From positions 22,371 to 86,370 of IMG/VR virus record IMGVR_UViG_3300022074_000015: a stretch of DNA of 64,000 nt; one strand, written 5' to 3'. This document shows, piece after piece, positions 10,774 to 20,780 of the stretch; the first letter of the stretch is position 1; every line of letters starts with the position of its first letter. Source of the DNA: a virus. The notes below the pieces were generated by a model. The model was not told the DNA's origin. It was given only the letters and a program-made list of their open reading frames with translations, and made no database searches. The translations under genes were made by a program, and so were the position numbers.

Positions 10774-11882
10774 TGCAGCAATTTCTATTTGGTTTGGGTG
10801 ATAATGGTGGAAGTGGTGGAGGTGGGAATCTTTTTAACTTCACGAGTTTTACGTTTCAGACTGCTAACTTGACAGGAAGAACGGGACCTACTAAAACTCA
10901 ACTTTTGAGTCACTATAATACTAGTTCATTTGCTTGGTTAAATAACTCTTCATATTTTGATGTAGACAGCAATGCTCTGGGAGTGCAGATGTTTACAGTT
11001 CCTTCTGATGGAAATTATAGAATTATTTGTGCTGGTGCTTCTGGTGGATATAGTTATGATACCACAAGAGAGAATAGAGTTGGAAGAGGTGCTGAAGTTT
11101 ATGGTGAGTTTTCACTTACTCAAGGGACAATTTTAAGAATAGTTGTAGGTCAGAAAGGTCGTCCAGTCTCAACATCAAATCCTGATGGACCTCTCACTGG
11201 ACAGGCATATAACTCTGGTGGTGGCGGTGGATCTTTTGTATTCTATACATTATCGGATACAGAACCATTAGTCGCGGCAGGAGGTGGAGGTGGTGGTGCC
11301 TATGCTGGACAGAGTGGATATCGTCCTGATGCGGCAACAGACCTAACAGGAAATCCAGGAACTGGTGTAAATAATGAGGGCAATAATACTTTTTCTGGAT
11401 TACTTTCGGGTCAAAATTTAGGATATGGTGGCATTAATATTGTCAGTGGATTGAATCATAGGGGAGGTGGTGGTGCTGGATGGAAAGGTAATGGTTTTGG
11501 AGGACACTCTTTATGTTCCGTCCAGTCTCCTTATCATGTTCAAGGAGGATGGTCTAAATCAAAATCTTTAGACACCAGTAGTTCGACATCTAATGGCGGT
11601 CCATTTATGGGTGGATGGGGAGGAAATAATCAAGCTGGCAATGGTTCTCAGCAAGGCGGATTTGGTGGAGGCGGCGGCGGAACAGGTAGATGTGGTAGTT
11701 GTCAAGCAGGTGGAGGAGGTGGATATACTGGTGGTGGAATTAATACCAGCACAGATAACTCACCTACAAAAGAGGCACTAGCTGGTGGCGGAAATTATGT
11801 TATTTCTTCAGCGTCTAATAGAACATATTCTGGTCTTAGAAATGCAGGTGAGTCTGGATTTGTAAGTATCACTAAATTATAG
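10770..11882 (+). CDS. Glycine-rich adhesin-like protein, paralog of 6758..7921
   Basis: Long near-identical protein and DNA tracts shared with 6758..7921; overlaps the upstream stop (ATGA). Confidence 0.7.
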   Translation: MMQQFLFGLGDNGGSGGGGNLFNFTSFTFQTANLTGRTGPTKTQLLSHYNTSSFAWLNNSSYFDVDSNALGVQMFTVPSDGNYRIICAGASGGYSYDTTRENRVGRGAEVYGEFSLTQGTILRIVVGQKGRPVSTSNPDGPLTGQAYNSGGGGGSFVFYTLSDTEPLVAAGGGGGGAYAGQSGYRPDAATDLTGNPGTGVNNEGNNTFSGLLSGQNLGYGGINIVSGLNHRGGGGAGWKGNGFGGHSLCSVQSPYHVQGGWSKSKSLDTSSSTSNGGPFMGGWGGNNQAGNGSQQGGFGGGGGGTGRCGSCQAGGGGGYTGGGINTSTDNSPTKEALAGGGNYVISSASNRTYSGLRNAGESGFVSITKL

Positions 11883-11956
11883 AAACGTCATTATTAAAGA
11901 AATTGGACCATCTTAAACCTGATAAATAGTCTTAACGAAGGTAATCTTATAATCAG

Positions 11957-13924
11957 ATGCCCCTTATTGGAAATCCCTATGTTATAGGGGACACTACAGG
12001 CAACTTTAAATTACTTGATGATGTATCGTCGTATACTCTGGCGTTTAACCCAGCTTCGGCGTTATCCATTGGTGCAGATACTTTAACCTTTAATGACCAT
12101 AGATTTATTACTGGGCAGAGGGTTGTATATAATAATGGTGGCGGAAATAATATTGGAGGTCTCACTTCTGGAACTGCTTATTTTGTAATTAATAATGATC
12201 TAGATTCAATTAAGTTAGCGGCATCACATAATGATGCACTCAGTAGTACCTCTATAAATCTTACAACAGGTAGTTCTGGAACTAATCATTCTTTATCTTT
12301 GGGATTTGATGGTTTCAATACCAAGTTTAGAGCAACTTTTAATGATGGTATAAAGGCAAAAATAAATGCTGCCGCTCAGATAATAATAAGTATTAATGGT
12401 GTTTTACAAAAACCGTATGCAACCTCAACTCCACCTGATGGATATGCGGTAGAACACCCAAGTGTTATTGTATTTTCAACAGCACCAGTAAGCTCTGATG
12501 TTTTCTGGGGAAATATAATTGCTAATAGTTTCCCAACTTATGATGTTACCGATCATCGTATTGATAACTTTGTTGGCAATAACACACTTACTGATTTTAA
12601 TCTTTCTGCTTCACCACCTAACAATCAAAGTCTTTTAGTTACCATTGATGGTGTAGTTCAGTCTCCATCTGATACTACTACAACAAGAGATTATCAAGTT
12701 ATTGGTAGTGTATTAGTATTCAATACACCACCTTCAAATAGCGTTAAAATAGAAGTTAGGCACCTTGGATTTGTTGGTGCAGTATCCAGTAATGTTACTG
12801 GTTTCTACGGAAGAACTGGTAATGTAGGACTGAATACCTCAGATAACATTGAGGTATTAACCGCCAAGATTGGCACCGGAACTACATTTACTGAAGATCT
12901 TGTAGTTCAAGGTGATGCTAGAGTAACTGGTATATTAACTATTGGAACAGGAACTATTGTTCTTGATGGTGACAATAATAATATAAATGTTGGAACAGCA
13001 CTTACATTATCACACTCTAATGGAGTTTTAGTTGGTAGTTCTAATCTTCACACCACTGGTCTTGAGATTCAGGATCTAAACGTTGGTGGCACTGCCAATT
13101 TCAATGGTCCTACAAACTTTAATAATTCTGTTAATCTTGATGATGTAGATATTGATGGTCAGTTAGATGTCGACCACATTAGTGTTTCTGGTGTATCTAC
13201 ATTTACTGGACTTGCTGAATTTAGTAGTGGTATATCAGTAACAGGAAACGCATCATTTGCCAATAATGTTAATATTGCTGGTGTATTAACTTACGAAGAT
13301 GTTACCAACATTGATGCTGTTGGTGTTATCACTGCTCGAAGTGACTTGATTGTTGGTGGTAATTTTTCATCTGTCGGTATATCTACACTAGCATCTTCTG
13401 GTGGTATTACTACAACTGGTGGTGATTTATTTGTAGGCGGTAATGTTTCTACAGCCGGAACTGTAACTGCTTTTGAGTATAGAAAATCTGATGGTTCATT
13501 AGTAAGTGGTTCGATTGGTATACAATCAGCAGGACAACTTATAGGAACAGGCGTTACAACGTTAAACTTTATTGGCGTAGGTAACACATTCAAATTTAAT
13601 GAAGCAACAAAAACACTTGATGTAAGTATTTCTGGTGGCGGTGGTGGTGGTTCAATTAGTATCAGCACTGAAGCACCTCAAACTCCAGAGGCTGGTGATT
13701 TATGGTATAGTCCTGATTATGGTAGAATTTTTATATATTATGATGAAAGTGAAGTTGGATATGGAACAGATGCTCAATGGATTGATGCCGCACCATTTAA
13801 TATGCCACCGCCTGATGGTAGAAATTTAACTATCGGCAGACGTACTGGTGCCAAAGTTATAAGTGTTGTTGGTATAGGTCTTTCTATCTTCACACGCATT
13901 GGTATTGGCACTGCTAGCTTCTAA
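11957..13924 (+). CDS. Tail fibre protein
   Basis: INGVLQKP/IDGVVQSP repeats, VSGVSTFTG and LTYEDVTNID motifs, GDLWYSPDYG domain. Confidence 0.7.
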   Translation: MPLIGNPYVIGDTTGNFKLLDDVSSYTLAFNPASALSIGADTLTFNDHRFITGQRVVYNNGGGNNIGGLTSGTAYFVINNDLDSIKLAASHNDALSSTSINLTTGSSGTNHSLSLGFDGFNTKFRATFNDGIKAKINAAAQIIISINGVLQKPYATSTPPDGYAVEHPSVIVFSTAPVSSDVFWGNIIANSFPTYDVTDHRIDNFVGNNTLTDFNLSASPPNNQSLLVTIDGVVQSPSDTTTTRDYQVIGSVLVFNTPPSNSVKIEVRHLGFVGAVSSNVTGFYGRTGNVGLNTSDNIEVLTAKIGTGTTFTEDLVVQGDARVTGILTIGTGTIVLDGDNNNINVGTALTLSHSNGVLVGSSNLHTTGLEIQDLNVGGTANFNGPTNFNNSVNLDDVDIDGQLDVDHISVSGVSTFTGLAEFSSGISVTGNASFANNVNIAGVLTYEDVTNIDAVGVITARSDLIVGGNFSSVGISTLASSGGITTTGGDLFVGGNVSTAGTVTAFEYRKSDGSLVSGSIGIQSAGQLIGTGVTTLNFIGVGNTFKFNEATKTLDVSISGGGGGGSISISTEAPQTPEAGDLWYSPDYGRIFIYYDESEVGYGTDAQWIDAAPFNMPPPDGRNLTIGRRTGAKVISVVGIGLSIFTRIGIGTASF

Positions 13925-13948
13925 ATAAATCATAAGGTAACGTAGAAA

Positions 13949-14380
13949 ATGGCGAATCAAATCCCTCTGGTTTTTAATAATACAGTTAATCAGATACAAG
14001 AGCTTCCTGCACTGGACAATCTTGACTTGACTGGTTGTGGGATTAGTGGTGCAACCAATATCGCTGCTAGTGGAACCATAACTGCTGGTGATTTTAATAC
14101 TACATCTGATGAAAAGTTAAAGGATGATGTAAAGATTATAGAAGGATCATTAGATAAAGTAATTCAGATAAATGGAGTTTCATTTAAGTGGAAAGATAAT
14201 GGTGAAGAGTGTTTAGGTGTTATCGCTCAGAATATAGAAGAGGTATTTCCACAACTTGTAAAAGAAGGTGAGGATCACAAGACTGTAAATTATAATGGAT
14301 TGATTGGTGTGTTGATTGAAGCAGTAAAAGAACTTTCTGATGAGGTTAAAGAACTCAAAGAAAGATTGGATGAAAAATAA
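13949..14380 (+). CDS. Small fibre protein with C-terminal peptidase S74 (intramolecular chaperone) domain
   Basis: TSDEKLKDDV...GVIAQ...VNYNGLIGVLIEAVKEL. Confidence 0.8.
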   Translation: MANQIPLVFNNTVNQIQELPALDNLDLTGCGISGATNIAASGTITAGDFNTTSDEKLKDDVKIIEGSLDKVIQINGVSFKWKDNGEECLGVIAQNIEEVFPQLVKEGEDHKTVNYNGLIGVLIEAVKELSDEVKELKERLDEK

Positions 14381-14423
14381 TCATCTAATCATAAATACCG
14401 AAATAAGGGGGTAGTATAATACT

Positions 14424-15503
14424 GTGGCTCTAAATTTTCCCACCAGTCCAACTGTAGATCAAGTATATCACGATAGCGGTTCTGGTTTCGCTTACAAGTG
14501 GAATGGCACAGTATGGCAAAGCCATAACCCATTTAATAAGGTACAAATAAAAAAGATAGATGATATTTCATCTCAATTTGACGGTAATACCACATCATTT
14601 ACTATATTATCTTCAGGAAATGCTGTAGCAGCATCTTCTGAATCAATAAGAGTGGTCCTTGGCGGTATTGTTCAAGATCCTGGAGCAGATTATAGTGCCT
14701 CTGGATCAACAATAACTTTTGCCACAGCTCCAATATTTGGATTAACTTTTTCTGCTGTATTAAATTCTAGTCCAGTTACTTTTGAAACATATACTGATGG
14801 TTCAATAGCACCATCTAAACTTTCAACCGGCAGACCGAACTGGAATACTAACGGTGATCTCCAAGTTTACGCTGGATTAACTGCAGGATCGATTACAGTT
14901 AGTACCGGTGCCACCATCAATGGATTGACTTACCCTACAACTGATGGAACACCAAACCAAATATTATTCACTGATGGATCTGGAAATTTAAATTTTGGAG
15001 AAGTATCTGGTGCATTCCTTTCATCAATTGTTGGTGATACTACACCACAACTTGGTGGAAATTTGGATGTTAATGGTAATGATATTACTGGAACTGGTAA
15101 TGTATCCATAACAGGTGATATTACATTAACCGGTGATGCCAGTATTTCTGGTGATGCTAGTATTTCTGGTGGAGTCAATATTACAGGTGTTGTTACTGCC
15201 ACTGATTTTAACAGTTCATCAGATATTAATTTAAAGGATAATGTTTCTCCAATTGATGATCCATTGATGAAGATTATGTCTATAAGTGGTGTTACTTTTG
15301 ATTGGAAGGATACTGGAAAGTCTTCAGTTGGAGTTATTGCTCAAGAAGTTGAGGGTATACTTCCACAATTAATTGGAGAGTCTGATGGAAATAAAACAGT
15401 AAATTATAATGGACTGGTTGGATTGCTAGTAGAAGCAGTTAAGAATCTGACAATGGAAGTTGAACATCTACGAGAAGAATTAAGGGACAGTATAAATAAA
15501 TAA
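14424..15503 (+). CDS. Tail fibre protein with C-terminal S74 chaperone domain
   Basis: MALNFPTSP N-terminus (GTG start); SSDINLKDNV...GVIAQEVE...VNYNGLVGLLVEAVK. Confidence 0.8.
   Translation: MALNFPTSPTVDQVYHDSGSGFAYKWNGTVWQSHNPFNKVQIKKIDDISSQFDGNTTSFTILSSGNAVAASSESIRVVLGGIVQDPGADYSASGSTITFATAPIFGLTFSAVLNSSPVTFETYTDGSIAPSKLSTGRPNWNTNGDLQVYAGLTAGSITVSTGATINGLTYPTTDGTPNQILFTDGSGNLNFGEVSGAFLSSIVGDTTPQLGGNLDVNGNDITGTGNVSITGDITLTGDASISGDASISGGVNITGVVTATDFNSSSDINLKDNVSPIDDPLMKIMSISGVTFDWKDTGKSSVGVIAQEVEGILPQLIGESDGNKTVNYNGLVGLLVEAVKNLTMEVEHLREELRDSINK
15491..15498 (+). promoter_or_regulatory. T4-type late promoter
   Basis: Exact TATAAATA upstream of 15530. Confidence 0.7.
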
Positions 15504-15529
15504 AATAACCGCCGAGTGTATTCACGAAG

Positions 15530-15928
15530 ATGGCAATTAAAGTAGGAGGAGTTACCGTCATTGATGACGGTAAAAATATATCCAACATAGCTGGTGGTGC
15601 TATCACAGGTATTCAGTCTGGAGGGACTGCTATCGGTGCTGGTGCCACCACTTTAAATTTTACTGGAAGTGGTAACGAAGTTACTTACAATTCTGGAACA
15701 AATACTATTGACATCACCATCGCTGGAAGCGGTGGAGGTGGTGGCGGCGGAGGTGGCGGCGGTGCTGCCGGAATACGCACTGAAGTTGCCTATTCAAACG
15801 CAGCAACTATCACCTCTGATTTAGATTTAAGTGTAAATGATACTAATTACTTTATGGCTGGACCAATTAATATTGCTAGTGGGGTCCAGATAAATGTTGG
15901 TGCTGGAAGCACATTTAGAATTGTCTGA
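15530..15928 (+). CDS. Small fibre connector-like protein
   Basis: MAIKVGGVTVIDD start, LNFTGSGN motif, poly-Gly linker; C-terminus similar to 7953. Confidence 0.65.
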   Translation: MAIKVGGVTVIDDGKNISNIAGGAITGIQSGGTAIGAGATTLNFTGSGNEVTYNSGTNTIDITIAGSGGGGGGGGGGGAAGIRTEVAYSNAATITSDLDLSVNDTNYFMAGPINIASGVQINVGAGSTFRIV

Positions 15929-15949
15929 AAAAAATTATTAAAAAGAAAA

Positions 15950-17584
15950 ATGTCAAGAATTAACGTAAATACTATTTCTGGTATTGGTGGAACATTTGTT
16001 ACCCTTCTTCATGGTGCGACAGGTGATGCATCTCGACTTACTTTCCCACCTACCACCATCGCATTCACCCCCGATATTTTAAGCACTAGTGCTGAAATTA
16101 ATACAAATATCGTCTTCACTTTTAATCAAAACATTGAGTTTTTTGGGACACCAGGAGATATTGAAATTAGACAAGGTTCCGCTAGTGGATCATTAATTGA
16201 AACTTTTGAAACAGGAACATCATCCAGACTTTCTATTTCTGCCAATACTCTTACTATAGATCCAACGAGTAACTTATTGCATGAAACAACTTATTATGTG
16301 ATTTTACCTCCTGTTGGTATTGCTAATACTCTTAATGCTTTATATTCTGGTAGTGAAAGTTATAATTTTACAACTAAAGTAAACGAGTATACAGTTACCG
16401 GTGCCCAAAATTCATTCTCTAGATTAGATCCCGGTTCACCAACCGGATACTACAAGTATCATGTATTTACAGGTACAACAACATTTACAGTTAACAAACC
16501 AGCAGCTGAGGCTGTTGATTTATCGTGGATGTTGATTGGTGGTGGTGGTTCAGGTGGAGCCGGTTACAGTCCTTCGAATGTAGGTGGCGGCGGCGGCGGT
16601 GCCGGTGGTGTCAAAAATGGAACCGGACCAACACTCAACCTTCCTGGACCAGCTACTTATATATTCACCCAAGGTGGTGGTGGTTCTATGACTACCAATA
16701 ATCCAACTCCATCAACTGATGGTACTGGTAGCACATTAGCAACCCCTGGTGGATCAGTAAAAGAATCTGTTCTTGGTGGTGGAGGTGGAGGTGGATATCC
16801 TTTCCCTAGCCCCACATATGTAAATGGAAGACCTGGTGCTTCTGGAGGTGGTTCTGGAGGCGGCGATCACCCTCAAGATGGACCACAAATTCATCCACAA
16901 TGGCCTGGGAGAGGGTTCTCAAGTCCACCATCGGTAGCAGGTGGCAGCGGAACATCTGGTCAAGGTAATAGTGGTGGAAAAGGAGCAACAGGATATTGTC
17001 CAAATTTAAGTTCTCCTCGGTGGTTCTCTGGCGGCGGCGGTGGAGGCGCTGGTGGTTCAGGTAATAATGCAACTTTTCCATCTAGGTATCAACCAACGCA
17101 GTGGCCTAGCTACAGCCAACCACCACAGTATCCTGGTTGGAAATGTTTTGGTGGAGATGGTGGAGCTGGTAAACCAATTCCTGCGTTTAATGGTCCTAAT
17201 TTATTAGGGAGTATGCCAATACCAGCGTTCCCATTAGATTTTCTTTTGAATACTCACAATACTGGTGTTGGACCTAGCGGATATTATGGTGGCGGAGGTG
17301 GCGGTGGGTCTTGTAGTCCTACCTATTTGTCAAATGCCGGTAACGGCGGATATGGTGGCGGCGGACATGGTTCTTACATAAGAACTCCTGGTAATTATGT
17401 ACCTACACCATTTTTACCTAGTTGGCCAACTCCATCTCCAACTAACAATACTTCTAGACCCGGATACCAGTATTCTGGCGGTGGAGGAGGAGGCGGTCCA
17501 TCTCCAAACAATTATCAATATGTTGGAAATGGTGGATCTGGTGTTTTCATGATTCGTCATGCTGTGCCTGAATCTTTAAGTTGA
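15950..17584 (+). CDS. Ig-like (Big_5-type) plus glycine/proline-rich domain protein, paralog 1 of 4
   Basis: IVFTFNQNI...LTIDPTSNL..ETTYYV Ig-like motif; YKYHVFTG...GGGGAGG...GNGGSGVFMIRH. Confidence 0.7.
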   Translation: MSRINVNTISGIGGTFVTLLHGATGDASRLTFPPTTIAFTPDILSTSAEINTNIVFTFNQNIEFFGTPGDIEIRQGSASGSLIETFETGTSSRLSISANTLTIDPTSNLLHETTYYVILPPVGIANTLNALYSGSESYNFTTKVNEYTVTGAQNSFSRLDPGSPTGYYKYHVFTGTTTFTVNKPAAEAVDLSWMLIGGGGSGGAGYSPSNVGGGGGGAGGVKNGTGPTLNLPGPATYIFTQGGGGSMTTNNPTPSTDGTGSTLATPGGSVKESVLGGGGGGGYPFPSPTYVNGRPGASGGGSGGGDHPQDGPQIHPQWPGRGFSSPPSVAGGSGTSGQGNSGGKGATGYCPNLSSPRWFSGGGGGGAGGSGNNATFPSRYQPTQWPSYSQPPQYPGWKCFGGDGGAGKPIPAFNGPNLLGSMPIPAFPLDFLLNTHNTGVGPSGYYGGGGGGGSCSPTYLSNAGNGGYGGGGHGSYIRTPGNYVPTPFLPSWPTPSPTNNTSRPGYQYSGGGGGGGPSPNNYQYVGNGGSGVFMIRHAVPESLS

Positions 17585-17594
17585 GGTATAATTT

Positions 17595-19205
17595 ATGTCT
17601 AATATAACTGTAACTAATATTTCTGGACTTAGCAGTTCATCTGTTTACTTTGAGCATGGTATCGCTGGTGATGGATTTGCTTTGTCTTTTTCTCCGGAGG
17701 TCTTAAGTTTTTCTCCGGTACCAAATTCTATTGATCAAAATCAACTTACAAATATTAATATAGTTTTTGATCAACCTATTCAATTTTCATTAACAGATCC
17801 TGGAGTAATTCAATTAAGGAGTAATAGTGCTAATGGATCTTTAATTGAATCTTTCAATACACAAAATCCTGGATCTCAACTTACTATTACACAAACTAAT
17901 GTTGCTGATGATACTCTTACAATCAATCCAATAAGTCAATTACCAGATGATACCAACGTATTTGTTGTAATACCTAACGTTGGTATTGCTAATACATTTG
18001 GTGGTTTGTATAAGGGTACAGACAAGTATTCATTTAAGACTTTACAGGCACCTTTAAACGCAACTGGTGGAACATACGCATTTAGTCAATCCAATGGTTC
18101 ATCACCAACCGGATACTTTAAGTATCATGTATTTGTAGGGACTGGTTCATTGAATATGAATGTTCCTATGAAATCATGTCCAACTTTTAATTTAATATGT
18201 GTTGCTGGTGGTGGATCTGGTGGTCCCGGATACAGTCCCACTAATGTCGGCGGTGGCGGCGGTGGAGCTGGTGGTGTTATTTCCGGTAGTAAACCTCAAT
18301 TAGCTGAAATTCCTGCTGGTAATCATATAATCACTATTGGTGGTGGTGGATCAAATAGTCCAGCCACTGAATCATATCCAGGCAATCCATCATCTTTTGG
18401 TGATATATTTGAATCTATAGGTGGTGGTGCTGGTGGAAATGGACCCACCCCATATCGTAGGCTCGTAGGTGGTGATGGTGGATCTGGTGGTGGAGGAGCT
18501 GGATCATATCAATATGAATGGGCACAACAATATAATCCTCCTCAACCTTTTCCTCAAAGAGGTCATGCGGTTTTTGCTGGTGGAAAAGGTGGTACTGGTC
18601 AAGGATATCCTGGTGGACATGGGTGGAAAGGACATACACAACCTCAACCCCAGATGGGTGCTGGCGGCGGCGGTGGAGGCGCTGGCTATCAGGGTACTAA
18701 CGCATCAGGTCCAAGCTATGGACCCTCCAATGGATATCCATATCCAAACTATGGTTTCCATCCACTTTGGCATGGACAAGGTGGACCTGGTGGTCAGGGT
18801 AGAGCTGAGCCTGTGTTTAACTCTCCTAATATAATGCCAGGAGCAACAGGATTACCTACCAAGTGGTCAAGTGAAGTAGGTCCATCAGGTTATTATGGTG
18901 GAGGAGGTGGAGGAGGATGCCCCAATAATGCTAATTATCTTCATGCTGGTAACGGTGGCGCTGGTGGTGGTGGACATGGTAGCGCGAACCACTATCCATA
19001 TCCAAACTATCCTCCCACTTCATATCATGGCAACAATTTTGCTCCCGAATTTCCAAATAACAGAGAACAAACTGAAAGTGGCACAGAGCACACTGGTGGT
19101 GGTGGCGGTGGATCTGGAGCCACACATTATTCCAATTATTCTGGTGGTTCTGGTGGATCTGGTATTGTTATCATTAGATATTCAATCCCTTCAACTTTAG
19201 CTTAA
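17595..19205 (+). CDS. Ig-like plus glycine/proline-rich domain protein, paralog 2 of 4
   Basis: Same architecture: IVFDQPIQF, FKYHVF, GGSGIVIIRY. Confidence 0.7.
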   Translation: MSNITVTNISGLSSSSVYFEHGIAGDGFALSFSPEVLSFSPVPNSIDQNQLTNINIVFDQPIQFSLTDPGVIQLRSNSANGSLIESFNTQNPGSQLTITQTNVADDTLTINPISQLPDDTNVFVVIPNVGIANTFGGLYKGTDKYSFKTLQAPLNATGGTYAFSQSNGSSPTGYFKYHVFVGTGSLNMNVPMKSCPTFNLICVAGGGSGGPGYSPTNVGGGGGGAGGVISGSKPQLAEIPAGNHIITIGGGGSNSPATESYPGNPSSFGDIFESIGGGAGGNGPTPYRRLVGGDGGSGGGGAGSYQYEWAQQYNPPQPFPQRGHAVFAGGKGGTGQGYPGGHGWKGHTQPQPQMGAGGGGGGAGYQGTNASGPSYGPSNGYPYPNYGFHPLWHGQGGPGGQGRAEPVFNSPNIMPGATGLPTKWSSEVGPSGYYGGGGGGGCPNNANYLHAGNGGAGGGGHGSANHYPYPNYPPTSYHGNNFAPEFPNNREQTESGTEHTGGGGGGSGATHYSNYSGGSGGSGIVIIRYSIPSTLA

Positions 19206-19212
19206 TTTAAAA

Positions 19213-20748
19213 ATGTCAGAAATAAGAGTTAACAGTATTATTGGTGCTGATGGTGTAGGTTCGGTTGATCTTCCAAAAGGGAGTAGTGGTATTGGTACAG
19301 ATTTAAAGTTTGCTCCACTTATCATAGACTATAATCCTGAGGGTGGGTCTGATGGTATTGCTAATACACAAGATGTTGAATTTACATTTGATCAACCTAT
19401 TCAATTTTCTGCTACAGCAGGAAACATACAAATATGGCAGAATCAAATTGGATCTCCGGGAATTTTATTAGAAACAATAGCTGTTGGTGGTAGTAATAAT
19501 CCCAGCAACGCAACGATTAGTGGTAATGTATTGACAATCAATCCTACGTCTATTCTACCAAACAGTAGTAAAATATTTGTTAAAATAGACACTGTTGGTG
19601 TTGCTAGCACTTTAGGATCTGAATTTGTAGGTGAAGATAGATATGGATTCACTACAGCATCTGGTGCCTTCCAAATGACTGGTGGAAATGAATTTACCAC
19701 TGGTGGATACAAATATCATATTTTTGATGCCACAGGACCTCTTGTTGTATCTTCTCCTGGTGCTTCTGCCGTAAATGCTGCTATTATGGTAGTTGCTGGT
19801 GGTGGCGGTGGTGGATCTTATCCTGGGGGTGAACGATCTGGTGGTGGCGGTGGTGGCGGTGGTGTTATTCATTACGATGATATATCAAGATTTTCATCTG
19901 GATCATATACTGTAACGATTGGTGGTGGTGGTAATGGTCATAAACCATCAAGCACTGTTGTGGGTCAACGTGGAAATGATACTTATATCACAGACATTTC
20001 TACATCTTCCGATCTATACAGAGCGTTTGGTGGTGGAGGGGGATATTACGAAAACGCACCATGGCCTCAGACTTCACCCCTTAATCCGTGGAATCCTGGA
20101 ATTAGACCATCTGATGGAGGATCTGGTGGTGGACGTAATTCCTATGCTCCTACTCCGAATGCACAAACTCAAGGATTAAATTTTGGTGGTTTTGGCACTA
20201 AGGGTCAGGGAAGTAGGGGTATGGGTAAAGGAAGTTCTCCATACAACAATAAGTATTACATGACCAGTGGAGGAGGTGGAGGAGCGAATGGTGAAGGTTT
20301 ACCAGGATCCGAATATACTTCTCCACCAGCACCACAAAATATTGGAATGAGGGGTGGTGCCGGTGGACAAGGAAGGGCAGTCCCCGAATTCCAAGGTCCA
20401 GTAATGGCACCACATATTCCTACTGTTTCAGTACCTACTTTTGCTCCTCGTGTGGGTCCACAAGGTTATTATGGTGGAGGAGGTGGAGGAGGTGCAGGTT
20501 ATTTTCCCACTTATTCCGGTTACCGCTTTCACGGCGGTGCTCCTGGACAAGGTGGTGGTGGACATGGCGGATTCTATGATCCAACTCAACCAAGTCCACA
20601 TTCTTTTAATGCTCCAAGCCCTAATTATGCTGAGCATGGAGTATATGGTACCGGTGGCGGTGGTGGAGGTAATCGGGGTCCCTACACTTCCTATTATGCT
20701 GGCAACGGTGCATCTGGTATTGTTATGATTAGATACTCATACCCTTAA
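19213..20748 (+). CDS. Ig-like plus glycine/proline-rich domain protein, paralog 3 of 4
   Basis: FTFDQPIQF, YKYHIF, GASGIVMIRY. Confidence 0.7.
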   Translation: MSEIRVNSIIGADGVGSVDLPKGSSGIGTDLKFAPLIIDYNPEGGSDGIANTQDVEFTFDQPIQFSATAGNIQIWQNQIGSPGILLETIAVGGSNNPSNATISGNVLTINPTSILPNSSKIFVKIDTVGVASTLGSEFVGEDRYGFTTASGAFQMTGGNEFTTGGYKYHIFDATGPLVVSSPGASAVNAAIMVVAGGGGGGSYPGGERSGGGGGGGGVIHYDDISRFSSGSYTVTIGGGGNGHKPSSTVVGQRGNDTYITDISTSSDLYRAFGGGGGYYENAPWPQTSPLNPWNPGIRPSDGGSGGGRNSYAPTPNAQTQGLNFGGFGTKGQGSRGMGKGSSPYNNKYYMTSGGGGGANGEGLPGSEYTSPPAPQNIGMRGGAGGQGRAVPEFQGPVMAPHIPTVSVPTFAPRVGPQGYYGGGGGGGAGYFPTYSGYRFHGGAPGQGGGGHGGFYDPTQPSPHSFNAPSPNYAEHGVYGTGGGGGGNRGPYTSYYAGNGASGIVMIRYSYP

Positions 20749-20780
20749 ATACTAAATAGTCAAACGATAGGTTCAGATAA

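Noticed and set aside
6758-11882. Diversity-generating retroelement (TR/VR pair) suggested by the duplicated adhesin sequences
   Set aside because: No reverse transcriptase in the window; both copies are intact ORFs, and the differences are not adenine-specific.
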